This document shows, in pieces, positions 28,956-38,148 of a DNA stretch of 64,000 nucleotides. A model generated the notes under the pieces. The model did no database searches. It saw nothing but the letters and a program-made list of their open reading frames with translations, and was not told where the DNA came from. The DNA comes from Minisyncoccia bacterium (lineage in GTDB: Bacteria; Patescibacteriota; Minisyncoccia; Phycocordibacterales; UBA9973), in assembly GCA_044229265.1 (NCBI GenBank), contig JBGATK010000001.1:35776-99775 (forward strand), given 5' to 3'. The position numbers and the translations under genes were made by a program. How positions within the stretch are numbered: position 1 is the first letter of the stretch; each line of letters opens with the position of its first letter.

Positions 28956-29516
28956 TTAGGTAAATAATATATAGTTAAAACTTAAATTTATTAGAAAATG
29001 AGAAACTGAAATCAAATAAATATTTCTAAATTTCAAGAAATGCTGACCCCAGAAATAACCTGCTATAAAAGTTAACCCGGCAAAAATAACTCCGGTAGTA
29101 GTCCAAGTATATGGAGCAATTAAATGGAAAAGTACGAAAATGGCTATGCTTATCCATAATGCTTTCTTTTCACCAAATTTTTCAAAATAATTTATTATTA
29201 AACTTCTAAATAATATTTCTTGAAAAAATGTGATTGCAAATAATGGTAAAATAGGGTCTTTATCTAGCACCCATTCCGGTAAATTAATGAATTTAGTATA
29301 AATTGCCAGTTGCACTGAAACAAAAACAAGAATATTAAATAACAAAACTTGCCACCAACCAGCAGTAAATTTATGTGGAGCAAATCCAAACTTTTTCCAA
29401 TTAATATTTTTAACAAAAATAATTAAAAAAATAAAAACCAAACCACTTAAACATATAAAGATATTCTCTGCAAAAGTCATACTGGTCATACTAGCATACA
29501 CAAAAAAGATTTTCAA
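28956..29516 (-). CDS. CPBP-family intramembrane metalloprotease (CAAX protease/Abi)
   Basis: 186 aa polytopic; motifs FFQEILFRS (EExxxR), FVLFHL (FxxxH), VSHFLINL (HxxxN). The track start corresponds to TTG; an ATG lies 9 codons downstream. Confidence 0.7.
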   Translation of the reverse strand: MKIFFVYASMTSMTFAENIFICLSGLVFIFLIIFVKNINWKKFGFAPHKFTAGWWQVLLFNILVFVSVQLAIYTKFINLPEWVLDKDPILPLFAITFFQEILFRSLIINYFEKFGEKKALWISIAIFVLFHLIAPYTWTTTGVIFAGLTFIAGYFWGQHFLKFRNIYLISVSHFLINLSFNYILFT

Positions 29517-29539
29517 TTCTTGGAAGAGCAGAAATAAAA
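29507..29539. repeat. Direct repeat copy 2 of the tig 3' end
   Basis: See 28140-28174. Confidence 0.8.
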
Positions 29540-29566
29540 AAAGCGCTCAATCATTTATAAGCGCTG
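29533..29566 (-). terminator. Terminator overlapping the coaE stop codon
   Basis: agcgct-N12-agcgct stem followed on the minus strand by ttttttt; the TAA stop lies in the loop. Confidence 0.45.
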
Positions 29567-30170
29567 TTTTGGAAACTATTTTTTTTATTTGATTATAAAG
29601 TTCTTGAACTCTTTTTGGCATTTCTTTGAGCTCACATTCTGTGTTTATTACCAGAGTAGTTTCAGACTCTAAATCAGGGCGATCCTTTTGAGAAGACATC
29701 CTGCTCTCAATATCAGTTAAGCTCATATTGCGATAAAGCTCTAACCTTCTCACCCTCTCAACTTTGTCGCAAACTGTAGAAATAACACCAAGCTCAAATT
29801 TACTTTGGCTATTTGTTTCATAAAGCATTGCCATCTCTACAATGCAAATATGGTCTTTAGAATAAAATGCCACAATTTCTTTAATCCTTTGCCAAACCTT
29901 TGGGTGAATAAAAAGCTCAAGTTTGGTTTTTTTACCGATATCATTAAAAATGATTTCAGCGACAAGTTTTGTTTGTAAAATCCCATCCCAAAAAACTTCT
30001 TTGCCTAAAATTTGGGAAATTATTCTTTGGTTTTGTACCTCCGACATTATTTGTTTAGCTATGTCGTCAGTATTAATTGTGTGAATATCACAATAATGGG
30101 CTAATAGTGTGGCCACGGTTGACTTTGCTGAACCTATCGGCCCAGTCAAAGCAAAAGCGTTTAATTCCAT
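29547..30170 (-). CDS. coaE: Dephospho-CoA kinase
   Basis: 207 aa; ALTGPIGSAKSTV P-loop at the N-terminus, typical of CoaE. Confidence 0.8.
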   Translation of the reverse strand: MELNAFALTGPIGSAKSTVATLLAHYCDIHTINTDDIAKQIMSEVQNQRIISQILGKEVFWDGILQTKLVAEIIFNDIGKKTKLELFIHPKVWQRIKEIVAFYSKDHICIVEMAMLYETNSQSKFELGVISTVCDKVERVRRLELYRNMSLTDIESRMSSQKDRPDLESETTLVINTECELKEMPKRVQELYNQIKKIVSKTALIND

Positions 30171-30247
30171 TTATTTCAAATTTTCCCCATACTAATACTT
30201 AATTAGACTTTTTGCAAACACAATTGCACTCTATGTTTTGTATTAAC

Positions 30248-30276
30248 TTGAAAATTTTAAGATTAAAGTATAAGAT
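30248..30276 (+). promoter_or_regulatory. Sigma70-type promoter TTGAAA-N17-TAAGAT, 6 nt upstream of the clpP ATG (leaderless geometry)
   Basis: Same hexamers as the tig promoter; the expected transcription start coincides with the ATG. Confidence 0.45.
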
Positions 30277-30282
30277 AAACTT

Positions 30283-30876
30283 ATGTTAATACCAACAGTT
30301 ATAGAAAAATCACAATTTGGCGAAAGGGCGTATGATATATACTCTCGCCTGCTTCGCGAACGCATAGTATTTATGGCAGGACCCATAGACGACAATACTG
30401 CAAATATCGTCATAGCTCAGCTACTCTTCCTCGAGAGCGAAGACCCAAAGAAAGATATTTTCCTTTATATCAATTCCCCAGGTGGCTCTGTCACTAGCAC
30501 TATGGCTATCGTAGACACTATGAACCATATTCGCCCTGATGTTTCGACTGTATGCGTAGGACTCGCTGCTTCGGGTGGAGCTATCATACTCTCTGCAGGT
30601 AAAAAAGGTAAACGCATGATATTGCCAAATGCAGAAGTCATGATTCATCAACCGCTCGGTGGCGCTGAAGGTCAAGCTACAGATATTGCCATCTCTGCAA
30701 AACACATTCTAAAAACTAAAGACAATTTGAATAAACTACTAGCAAAAAATACAGGAAAATCCCTTTCTCAAATAGAAAAGGATGTAGAGAGAGACTTTTT
30801 TATGGATGCAGTTGAAGCCAAAGCTTACGGTATAGTAGATGACCTACTAACTAAGAGCAAAGCTCCAACAAAATAA
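30283..30876 (+). CDS. clpP: ATP-dependent Clp protease proteolytic subunit
   Basis: 197 aa; catalytic Ser in GLAASGGA, plus His and Asp context (MIHQPLGG). Confidence 0.95.
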   Translation: MLIPTVIEKSQFGERAYDIYSRLLRERIVFMAGPIDDNTANIVIAQLLFLESEDPKKDIFLYINSPGGSVTSTMAIVDTMNHIRPDVSTVCVGLAASGGAIILSAGKKGKRMILPNAEVMIHQPLGGAEGQATDIAISAKHILKTKDNLNKLLAKNTGKSLSQIEKDVERDFFMDAVEAKAYGIVDDLLTKSKAPTK

Positions 30877-30878
30877 TT

Positions 30879-31616
30879 TTACTTCTTAACGAAACCTTCT
30901 AAAGCTTTTAAAGCTTCTATTGGAACCATATATACTACAGTGTTTGATTGGTCAGAAGACATATCATTTATGGATTGAAGGGTGCGCAAATGCAGTGCAC
31001 CAGGAGTAGCTGCTAGCATTGCGGCAGCTTTTGAAATATTTTCTGAAGCTGCTAGCTCTCCTTCAGAATTTATAATTACAGCCCTCTTCTCACGTTCTGC
31101 TTCTGCTTGTTTACCTATAGTGCGCTCCATTTCAGCTGGAAGACTTACATCTTTGAGTTCTACATTTTGAACTTTTAGACCCCAAGCATCGGTTTCTTTA
31201 TCTACAATTTCTCTTATTCTATCTGCAATTTTATCTCTACTAGAAAGAAGCTCATCCAAAGTCACTTCACCTACGATATTTCGCATAGTGGTTTGTGCGT
31301 ATTGAGAAATTGCATAGCGAAAATCTTCCACTTCTATAATAGCTTTCTGCGCTTCTGAGACTTTGTAGTAGATAACTGCATTTACTCGCACAGAAACATT
31401 ATCCCGAGTAATGGCATTCTGATCTGGCACGTCTACTGCTTTAGTGCGCACATCTACCTTTTGATAACTTTGAATAACTGGAAATACTAGTCTCCACCCT
31501 GGCTCCATCATTCCGGTAAATTTACCCAAAGTAAAACGCACACCTTTTTCGTATTGATTTATTTGACGAATACTTACGAGAACTATAAGTAGAACAAAAA
31601 TTATTACATATATCAT
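30879..31616 (-). CDS. SPFH/band 7 (stomatin/prohibitin-like) protein
   Basis: 245 aa; N-terminal transmembrane segment then QYEKGVRFTLGKF...PDQNAITRDNVSVRVNAVIYYKV is the SPFH core. Confidence 0.85.
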   Translation of the reverse strand: MIYVIIFVLLIVLVSIRQINQYEKGVRFTLGKFTGMMEPGWRLVFPVIQSYQKVDVRTKAVDVPDQNAITRDNVSVRVNAVIYYKVSEAQKAIIEVEDFRYAISQYAQTTMRNIVGEVTLDELLSSRDKIADRIREIVDKETDAWGLKVQNVELKDVSLPAEMERTIGKQAEAEREKRAVIINSEGELAASENISKAAAMLAATPGALHLRTLQSINDMSSDQSNTVVYMVPIEALKALEGFVKK

Positions 31617-31640
31617 AAAAAAATAAATAAAACTTAAAAA

Positions 31641-32267
31641 TTAATAAATATATTCTAACACATTATCCAAATCTAAAATACCGAAAATATCTAAAATATG
31701 AGATAAAACCAAGATACTACCTACAATAATACTGATTATATTAATAATACCGATCATTTTATTCCTATTTTTTGGTATTAAATAAAATCCCCACATTGCG
31801 AGAAGTAAAGTTTCTTTATTTTTAAAATCTAAACTAGTTTCCGTGGATACTTCTTTCATCACAGGAAATCCTTTAATTGTTTTAAAACTCATGACAATTT
31901 GATCATTTGAATCTTTCCACGCATATGATGTTGAAAAAATATTTTTTGAAGAAAATTTATAAATTTTGCCATTGTATTCAAGCATAGTACCTTTGGCATC
32001 TTTCTTTGGCAAAATAGTTGCTTTTGATAACAATTTTTTTTCTTTATCAAACAAAGATAAATAGGTGTACTGACTAAGCATTTTGGTTATCTTTTCTTCT
32101 GTAATTTCAAAAATCTCCCCCTGCATTTCTATCTTTGCATTACCAAAAGAAATCACAATAGACCTTGAGTTGGATTTTTGGTAATTTATAGAAGACCACA
32201 CATTATGCCCATCTGAAAACACATATTCATCTTCACCTTTTAGCTTTATTGAGAAATTCATATACAT
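31641..32267 (-). CDS. Hypothetical protein with a C-terminal membrane anchor
   Basis: 208 aa ORF; hydrophobic C-terminus; no family recognised. Confidence 0.45.
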   Translation of the reverse strand: MYMNFSIKLKGEDEYVFSDGHNVWSSINYQKSNSRSIVISFGNAKIEMQGEIFEITEEKITKMLSQYTYLSLFDKEKKLLSKATILPKKDAKGTMLEYNGKIYKFSSKNIFSTSYAWKDSNDQIVMSFKTIKGFPVMKEVSTETSLDFKNKETLLLAMWGFYLIPKNRNKMIGIINIISIIVGSILVLSHILDIFGILDLDNVLEYIY

Positions 32268-32454
32268 ATTATATGCCAGCTAGACACAATATGCTATATT
32301 TGGTATATTAAAGATGTTGAATTTTAGAAATTTTATTGAAATCGGCTTATAGGAATACTCCAATGATATTGAAAGTTTTGAACAAAATTTACTTAGTAAA
32401 ACAGGCAAATAAACTACAAATATAGTGGTTGTTTTTATAAGCTGAAAAAAGCTT

Positions 32455-33984
32455 ATGAGTATATTACAAATAATATTGATCGGGGCAGGCGCTCTTTCTT
32501 TGGGCGTTCTTGTTGGTTATTATTTGCGAAGACTTGTAGCTTTGAGTAAACGCCGAAGTATAGAAATAGACATCAAGCAAATGATGGTCGGCGCTAAAGA
32601 AGAAGCTCAAAGACTATTAGATGAAGCAAAAAATAAATCCGAAGAGAGGCTCCAGAAATTAAAAGAAGAGGAAGAAAAGAAAACCGAAGAATGGCGCACT
32701 AAAGAAGAACGTCTTGCAAAAAAAGACGAGTTCTTGGATGCCCGTCAGTTAGATATCGACAAAGAAGTCGAAAATATTAAAAACAAAGTCGAAGAAATAA
32801 AAAAAATACAGGAAAAAGCGCAAAATATTGAGCTGGAAAAATCACGTGAATTAGAACGTGTATCTCAACTCTCACAAGAAGAAGCAAAAGAAGAACTTTT
32901 GCATGATATCGAGAAAAAATACGAACAAGATTTACTTATTCGTATGCAAAAAATGGAAACAGCTAATGATGAAAAATTAGACAGAAGGGCTAAAGACATC
33001 TTGGCTACTTCTATCCAACGCTTAGCCTCTTCTACCGCTTCAGACCTTATGACAACTTCGGTAAATATTCCGAATAATGACATAAAAGGTAAGATTATCG
33101 GTAAAGAAGGCCGAAATATTCGTGCTTTTGAACGCGCCGCGGGGGTAGAATTAATTGTAGACGATACTCCAGGAACTATTATAATCTCATCTTTCGACCC
33201 AGTACGCAGGCAAGTAGCCCGCCTTGCTCTTGAGAATCTAATTTTAGACGGTCGTATTCAACCAGCTAAAATAGAAGAACTGGTAGAGAAAGCTCGTGAA
33301 GATATAAATAAAATCATTAAGGAAAAAGGTGAACAAGCAGTATACGAATGTGGAATTTATAATTTCGATCCACGCATTGTAGCTATTATCGGTCGCTTAT
33401 ACTTCCGCACTAGTTATGGACAAAATGTTTTGCAACACTCTATCGAGATGGCACATATAGCAGGCATGCTTGCAGAAGAGCTGGGTGCTGATGTGGCTAT
33501 AGCCAAAGCTGGAGCTCTGGTGCACGACATAGGTAAAGCTCTCGACCACGAAGTTCAAGGTACTCACGTAGAGATAGGTATGCGTATTTTGCAAAAATTC
33601 GGAGCAGATGAACGCATAGTAACAGCTATGAAATCTCACCATGAGGATTACCCTTATGAAACTGTCGAATCTGTAATAGTCCAAACCGCAGATGCTATTT
33701 CTGGTGGTAGACCAGGTGCTCGCCGAGATAGTGTTGAAAATTACTTGAAACGCTTAAAAGAATTAGAAACTCTAGTAGCAGGCTTCCCTGCTGTCGAAAA
33801 ATCTTACGCACTATCAGCTGGCCGTGAAATCCGCATCTTTGTAACTCCAGAAAAAATTACAGATGCTGAGTGCAAACTCCTAGCCCGTGAAATAGCCGAA
33901 AAGATAGAGCAAGAGCTAAAATATCCGGGTGAAATCCGCGTAACCATGATCCGCGAAACTAGAATTATCGATTACGCAAGGTAA
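32455..33984 (+). CDS. rny: Ribonuclease Y
   Basis: 509 aa; N-terminal transmembrane segment, coiled coil, KH (IIGKEGRNIRAFE) and HD domain (HSIEMAHIAGMLA...LVHDIGKA). Confidence 0.9.
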   Translation: MSILQIILIGAGALSLGVLVGYYLRRLVALSKRRSIEIDIKQMMVGAKEEAQRLLDEAKNKSEERLQKLKEEEEKKTEEWRTKEERLAKKDEFLDARQLDIDKEVENIKNKVEEIKKIQEKAQNIELEKSRELERVSQLSQEEAKEELLHDIEKKYEQDLLIRMQKMETANDEKLDRRAKDILATSIQRLASSTASDLMTTSVNIPNNDIKGKIIGKEGRNIRAFERAAGVELIVDDTPGTIIISSFDPVRRQVARLALENLILDGRIQPAKIEELVEKAREDINKIIKEKGEQAVYECGIYNFDPRIVAIIGRLYFRTSYGQNVLQHSIEMAHIAGMLAEELGADVAIAKAGALVHDIGKALDHEVQGTHVEIGMRILQKFGADERIVTAMKSHHEDYPYETVESVIVQTADAISGGRPGARRDSVENYLKRLKELETLVAGFPAVEKSYALSAGREIRIFVTPEKITDAECKLLAREIAEKIEQELKYPGEIRVTMIRETRIIDYAR

Positions 33985-34007
33985 AATAATTAAATGAAAA
34001 TACAAAA

Positions 34008-34037
34008 AGCCACCGAAATGGGTGGCTTTTTGTTTTA
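34008..34037 (+). terminator. Intrinsic terminator after rny
   Basis: agccaccgaaatgggtggct followed by ttttgtttt. Confidence 0.65.
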
Positions 34038-34163
34038 AATCAAAAAGTTTTTTGTAATTTTGTCAATGTTTAAAACATTTGCATTAAAAAACCCTTATTA
34101 TATAATGGTTATGTAAAGAAAAGGGTCGAAATATTTTTTAAAAGACTTTATTAAAAACAAAAA

Positions 34164-34436
34164 ATGAATAAACAATCATTAGTTGAGTTAGTTCAAGGGA
34201 AATTAGGAGGCACAAAAGTGCAAGCAGAAGAAGTAGTAGACACTATTTTCGATGGCATCACAGGTGCTATGAAGAAAGGTGGCGAAGTTTCAATCGCTGG
34301 CTTCGGAATCTTCTCTGTAAAGGGTCGTGCGGCTCGTATGGCTCGCAATCCGAAAACTGGTGAGCAAGTAAAAGTTGCTGCTAAAAAAGTTCCGAAATTC
34401 CGCCCTGCGAAAGCTCTAAAGGACGCAGTGGAATAA
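34164..34436 (+). CDS. hup: DNA-binding protein HU
   Basis: 90 aa; ...GFGIFSVKGRAARMARNPKTGE... is the HU/IHF arm. Confidence 0.9.
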   Translation: MNKQSLVELVQGKLGGTKVQAEEVVDTIFDGITGAMKKGGEVSIAGFGIFSVKGRAARMARNPKTGEQVKVAAKKVPKFRPAKALKDAVE

Positions 34437-34470
34437 AAAATTGTGCAAACGTTTTCACACTTACAAAAAT

Positions 34471-34499
34471 ACCCGCTTTATGCGGGTGTTTTTGTTTTT
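34471..34499. terminator. Intrinsic terminator between the convergent hup and lexA
   Basis: acccgctttatgcgggt with an A-run before and a T-run after. Confidence 0.6.
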
Positions 34500-35058
34500 A
34501 GTATTTTCTAATTACAGCTTTGACTATGCCTACTATCTTCAGATCATACTCAGGGTAAATAGGTTTGTATTTTTTATTAGCAGGTTGTAGCCACATTTTA
34601 GCGCCTTTGATTCGCAAATATTTCATAGTGAACTCGCCATCGATGTTTGCGATCACTATATCCATATCTTTCCCTGTATTTACTTTTTCTACTAATACCA
34701 TGTCGCCTTTTTCTATGTGAGCTTCTATCATAGAATCACCATCGACTTCGAGCATATAAGTATTTTCTTTTTTTGGAGCAAGCATAGCAGTTATGTCCAC
34801 GCGATCAGTTAACTCCGCATCTACATCAGCTGGCAAACCTGCGGTCACATATCCGAGCATCGGAATTTCATTTTGATTTTGATTCGGCACTAGTCTGCCT
34901 AAATGATCTTTCTCTACTGCACCTTCTTCTACTAAATGATTTACTATTTTATAAATAGCATTTTTAGAACGCAAACCAAAAAGCTTCAGCATTTCCGTAT
35001 AGGTGGGCATTCTACTATTGCTATCGTAAAAAGAGTAAATTTTTTTCTTGTAGTCCAT
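34498..35058 (-). CDS. lexA: LexA repressor (S24 peptidase)
   Basis: 186 aa; N-terminal wHTH; C-terminal domain with EVDGDSMIEAHIEKGD and a downstream Lys. Confidence 0.85.
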   Translation of the reverse strand: MDYKKKIYSFYDSNSRMPTYTEMLKLFGLRSKNAIYKIVNHLVEEGAVEKDHLGRLVPNQNQNEIPMLGYVTAGLPADVDAELTDRVDITAMLAPKKENTYMLEVDGDSMIEAHIEKGDMVLVEKVNTGKDMDIVIANIDGEFTMKYLRIKGAKMWLQPANKKYKPIYPEYDLKIVGIVKAVIRKY

Positions 35059-35087
35059 TTGTTTTTATTTAATATATTTTACCAAAT

Positions 35088-35282
35088 TTAAAACTGAAAC
35101 ACACTTGGTAAAAATTTAGACAAGAAGCTACGATGAGTGTGATAGCGCAATCTGCGAAGCATGAGCCTGTGGTCATGCGCTTCCCTGCGATAATCCTCAC
35201 CACGCATTATCTTGAAATCGATCTTTTTATTTATCTTTTGTATCTCTTTTTCTAAAATTTTTAGATATTGTTTTTGTGACAT
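35088..35282 (-). CDS. Small basic protein upstream of lexA and co-oriented with it, behind a LexA box
   Basis: 64 aa ORF; a Cheo-type box lies 42 bp upstream of its start. Confidence 0.45.
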   Translation of the reverse strand: MSQKQYLKILEKEIQKINKKIDFKIMRGEDYRREAHDHRLMLRRLRYHTHRSFLSKFLPSVFQF

Positions 35283-35323
35283 ATGTTTATATAAATGTTA
35301 ATTACTAATATCTATATTATAGA

Positions 35324-35338
35324 TGAACGAGCGTTCAC
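35324..35338. promoter_or_regulatory. LexA operator (Cheo-box type, GAAC-N4-GTTC): tGAACgagcGTTCac
   Basis: Perfect GAAC-N4-GTTC palindrome read directly, immediately followed on the minus strand by TATAAT. Confidence 0.65.
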
Positions 35339-35363
35339 CTGTCAAACATACCTCTGTGGAAAA

Positions 35364-35389
35364 CCCTGCTTCGCCAAAGCTTCGCAGGG
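35364..35389 (-). repeat. Palindromic element copy (reverse orientation): ccctgc-ttcgccaaagcttc-gcaggg
   Basis: The core is the reverse complement of GAAGCTTTGGCGAA. Lies just 3' of the comM stop; may also act as its terminator (followed on the minus strand by tttt). Confidence 0.6.
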
Positions 35390-35395
35390 CAGGCT

Positions 35396-36940
35396 CTAAG
35401 TATTCAATTTCGGTCTATACTGCAATGCTTCGAGTATGTGATTCTCAGATATATTAGGTACTCCTTCTAAATCCGCAATTGTGCGAGCGAGTTTTATGAC
35501 ACGATGGTAAGCCCTGGCCGAGAGTGCAAACCTCTCTGCAGACTTATCTAAAACATCTCTTACATTTTGAGAAAGGATTGCGAAAGTATCTAAATCTTTG
35601 GCAGACATTTCACTATTGGATTTTATTTTTTTAGAAAAATTTTTAAAACGTTCTTGTTGTATTTTGCGAGCACTCTCTACCCTCTTTTTTATTTCACTAC
35701 TCTTCTCGCCTTCTTCTCCTCCCGAAAGTTTTTTATAATCAACTTGCGATACAGGTACCCACATATCTATACGATCCATTATTGGTCCCGAAAGTTTTCT
35801 TTTATATCTATCGAGATCACTTGGTTTACAAATACAAGCTCGAATTTTTGAATCTAAGTTTCCACAAGGACAAGGGTTCATGGCCGCGACTAAAATAAAA
35901 TTACTTGGAAAAATTGCATTACCTTTTGCACGAGAAATAGAAACTATGTTGTCTTCGAGTGGTTGGCGCAAACTCTCGATAACTCTTTTTTCAAATTCTG
36001 GAAATTCGTCTAGAAAAAGCACTCCGCGGTGTGCCAGTGTAACCTCACCGGGTTTTGGAAAAGTTCCACCACCAATTAGTGAAACGTAAGAAGAGGTATG
36101 GTGTGGGGAGCGAAAGGGTGGATAACAAACTAGCTCACCTTGGTTGGCGCCAACTATAGAATGTATCCCTGTGACTTCTAAAATTTCATCCAGAGATAAA
36201 TTCGGAAGTAATCCTGCGAATGCTCGCGCTAGCATTGTCTTGCCTGTGCCTGGAGGTCCATACATAGCTATGTTATGCCCACCAGCTGCTGCAATTTCAA
36301 GACCTCGTTTTGCACTCTCTTGTCCACGCACTTCAGCAAAGTCTAAATAAATTTTATTTTTATCAAATACAACTTCTATTTTTGGTGCAGGTAATAATTT
36401 TTTGCTATCCATTTTTTCTCTACTCTTTTCTAAATGATCTATAACTTCACGTAAATTTTTAGCGCCAAAAATTTTTATACCACCCACAAGTGATGCTTCG
36501 TAAACATTATCAATAGGTAAAAATATTTCTATGAAACCCACTTCACGTGCTTCAAGCACTATAGGTAAAATTCCTCGCACTGGCCGAAGAGTGCCATCGA
36601 GTCCTAGTTCGCCTATAAATAATTTTCCTTCACTATCAAAATCTATCTCATTGGCTGAGAGTAGAAAACCTAGTGCAATAGCCAAATCAAAAAAAGGTCC
36701 TTCTTTTTTTATATCAGCTGGTGAAAGTGAAACCACGATTTTTTGGTTTAATGATTTTGGAGATTTAAAATCTGAATTCTTGATTGCCGATGAAACACGA
36801 TCCCTTGCTTCGTCTACTGCTTTATCTGGTAAACCCACAACGGAAAACGCATGCAGTCCACGTGACATGTCTACCTCAACAACAACAATATTACCTTTTA
36901 GTAGTGAAACCTGTGCGGAATATACTTTAGCGAATGACAT
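35396..36940 (-). CDS. comM: YifB/ComM-family Mg-chelatase-like AAA+ ATPase
   Basis: 514 aa; Lon-like N-terminal domain, Walker A GPPGTGKT, Mg-chelatase-like C-terminus. Confidence 0.9.
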   Translation of the reverse strand: MSFAKVYSAQVSLLKGNIVVVEVDMSRGLHAFSVVGLPDKAVDEARDRVSSAIKNSDFKSPKSLNQKIVVSLSPADIKKEGPFFDLAIALGFLLSANEIDFDSEGKLFIGELGLDGTLRPVRGILPIVLEAREVGFIEIFLPIDNVYEASLVGGIKIFGAKNLREVIDHLEKSREKMDSKKLLPAPKIEVVFDKNKIYLDFAEVRGQESAKRGLEIAAAGGHNIAMYGPPGTGKTMLARAFAGLLPNLSLDEILEVTGIHSIVGANQGELVCYPPFRSPHHTSSYVSLIGGGTFPKPGEVTLAHRGVLFLDEFPEFEKRVIESLRQPLEDNIVSISRAKGNAIFPSNFILVAAMNPCPCGNLDSKIRACICKPSDLDRYKRKLSGPIMDRIDMWVPVSQVDYKKLSGGEEGEKSSEIKKRVESARKIQQERFKNFSKKIKSNSEMSAKDLDTFAILSQNVRDVLDKSAERFALSARAYHRVIKLARTIADLEGVPNISENHILEALQYRPKLNT

Positions 36941-36955
36941 ATTTTTAATAAAATA

Positions 36956-36979
36956 AAAACGCCAGTCTGGCGTTTTTAT
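36956..36979. terminator. Bidirectional-looking intrinsic terminator
   Basis: aaaac gccagtctggc gtttt. Confidence 0.55.
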
Positions 36980-36983
36980 TTAT

Positions 36984-37223
36984 TTACATATTTTTTAATT
37001 TTTCTTCTACGTCTTTTAAACGCTCTTCTAATACTGCAAGGACTGAAGATCTAGATTCAAAATCTTCTGCTCTGTCTGCCATATCACTTTCATCAGCTTC
37101 GCCATATTCTTGTGAGAATGGCACAGCATTCCAGCGACCCGTTGCTGGATCCATAACACCGAGACTTTTCATTTCTTCTAAAAGCAAATCGTATTCTTGT
37201 TGTAATTCTTCTTTTTGATTCAT
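36984..37223 (-). CDS. Small acidic hypothetical protein
   Basis: 79 aa ORF with predicted helical ends; no family recognised. Confidence 0.4.
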   Translation of the reverse strand: MNQKEELQQEYDLLLEEMKSLGVMDPATGRWNAVPFSQEYGEADESDMADRAEDFESRSSVLAVLEERLKDVEEKLKNM

Positions 37224-37260
37224 GCCTAAATAATAACAATTATTAATTTTAATGCAATAT

Positions 37261-38148
37261 CTATTTGCGAATATTAGAGGAAGATTTTCTTTCTATAATC
37301 TCATCTGCTATACCAGCATAATTACTGATGAGCACAGTTGTGTCGTCGAGATAAACATACATGATAACTATAGAGCCAAGATCATCGTAAAGGACGCGTG
37401 CATTTTTATTTTGAATAATTTCATCTTCAAAATCTCTGGTTAACAATTGCTGAGTATTTGGAGAAATTTCATAATTAAAAATCTGTCCTAAATCATAGAG
37501 CATTTTATTTTCCCAATTACGCATCGTAGTAAAAGCATCATTCATACTTTTTACTTTAAAAACAAAAAATGGGTGATTACCTTTATTACTAAAAACTCCA
37601 TACATAAAATCAGAGCTAAAAATATTCCCTTCTGGTAGAGATATATTTGCCTCAGTAATTTGCAAAAATCTAGCAAGAGAAAGTTGTTTCTTATTTTCGA
37701 CAAGATTAAAAGCTTGAATTTGCCCTTCTGGTAAGACAACTTTTTCTGACTCATCAGCTATGATTTTTAAAGATTTTGTTTTGTTTAAACCTGCAATTTC
37801 GATACTATCCAATTTATCAACTAAAAACATATTTTTTGCATCTTGAACAAATTGATTTTCCCCGCTATTATTTTTTACTGCTATAAAAAAAATAAAATAA
37901 TAAAGAAGTCCTACAGAAAGTATAAGTGCAACAAAACCAAAAATCATATACAGTTGATTTACACTGTAGCCAATTTTCATATGTTCTTTTTCATTCTCTC
38001 TACCTTCTTCAGCATCGATAATAGCGCGAATAGTTCCTGGTGTTCCAGCCTCAGCCTCATGAGCTATGTCATTACTCAAAGTATGCACGCCTTTGCGTGG
38101 CACTTCGAGTGTATCGTTATTTTTATTTTGATTAGAATTAATTTCCAT
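37261..38148 (-). CDS. Membrane-anchored hypothetical protein
   Basis: One transmembrane segment (IFGFVALILSVGLLYYFIFFIAV). The start is trimmed from 38199 to the internal Met at 38148 to limit overlap with pnp; the start is uncertain. Confidence 0.4.
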   Translation of the reverse strand: MEINSNQNKNNDTLEVPRKGVHTLSNDIAHEAEAGTPGTIRAIIDAEEGRENEKEHMKIGYSVNQLYMIFGFVALILSVGLLYYFIFFIAVKNNSGENQFVQDAKNMFLVDKLDSIEIAGLNKTKSLKIIADESEKVVLPEGQIQAFNLVENKKQLSLARFLQITEANISLPEGNIFSSDFMYGVFSNKGNHPFFVFKVKSMNDAFTTMRNWENKMLYDLGQIFNYEISPNTQQLLTRDFEDEIIQNKNARVLYDDLGSIVIMYVYLDDTTVLISNYAGIADEIIERKSSSNIRK

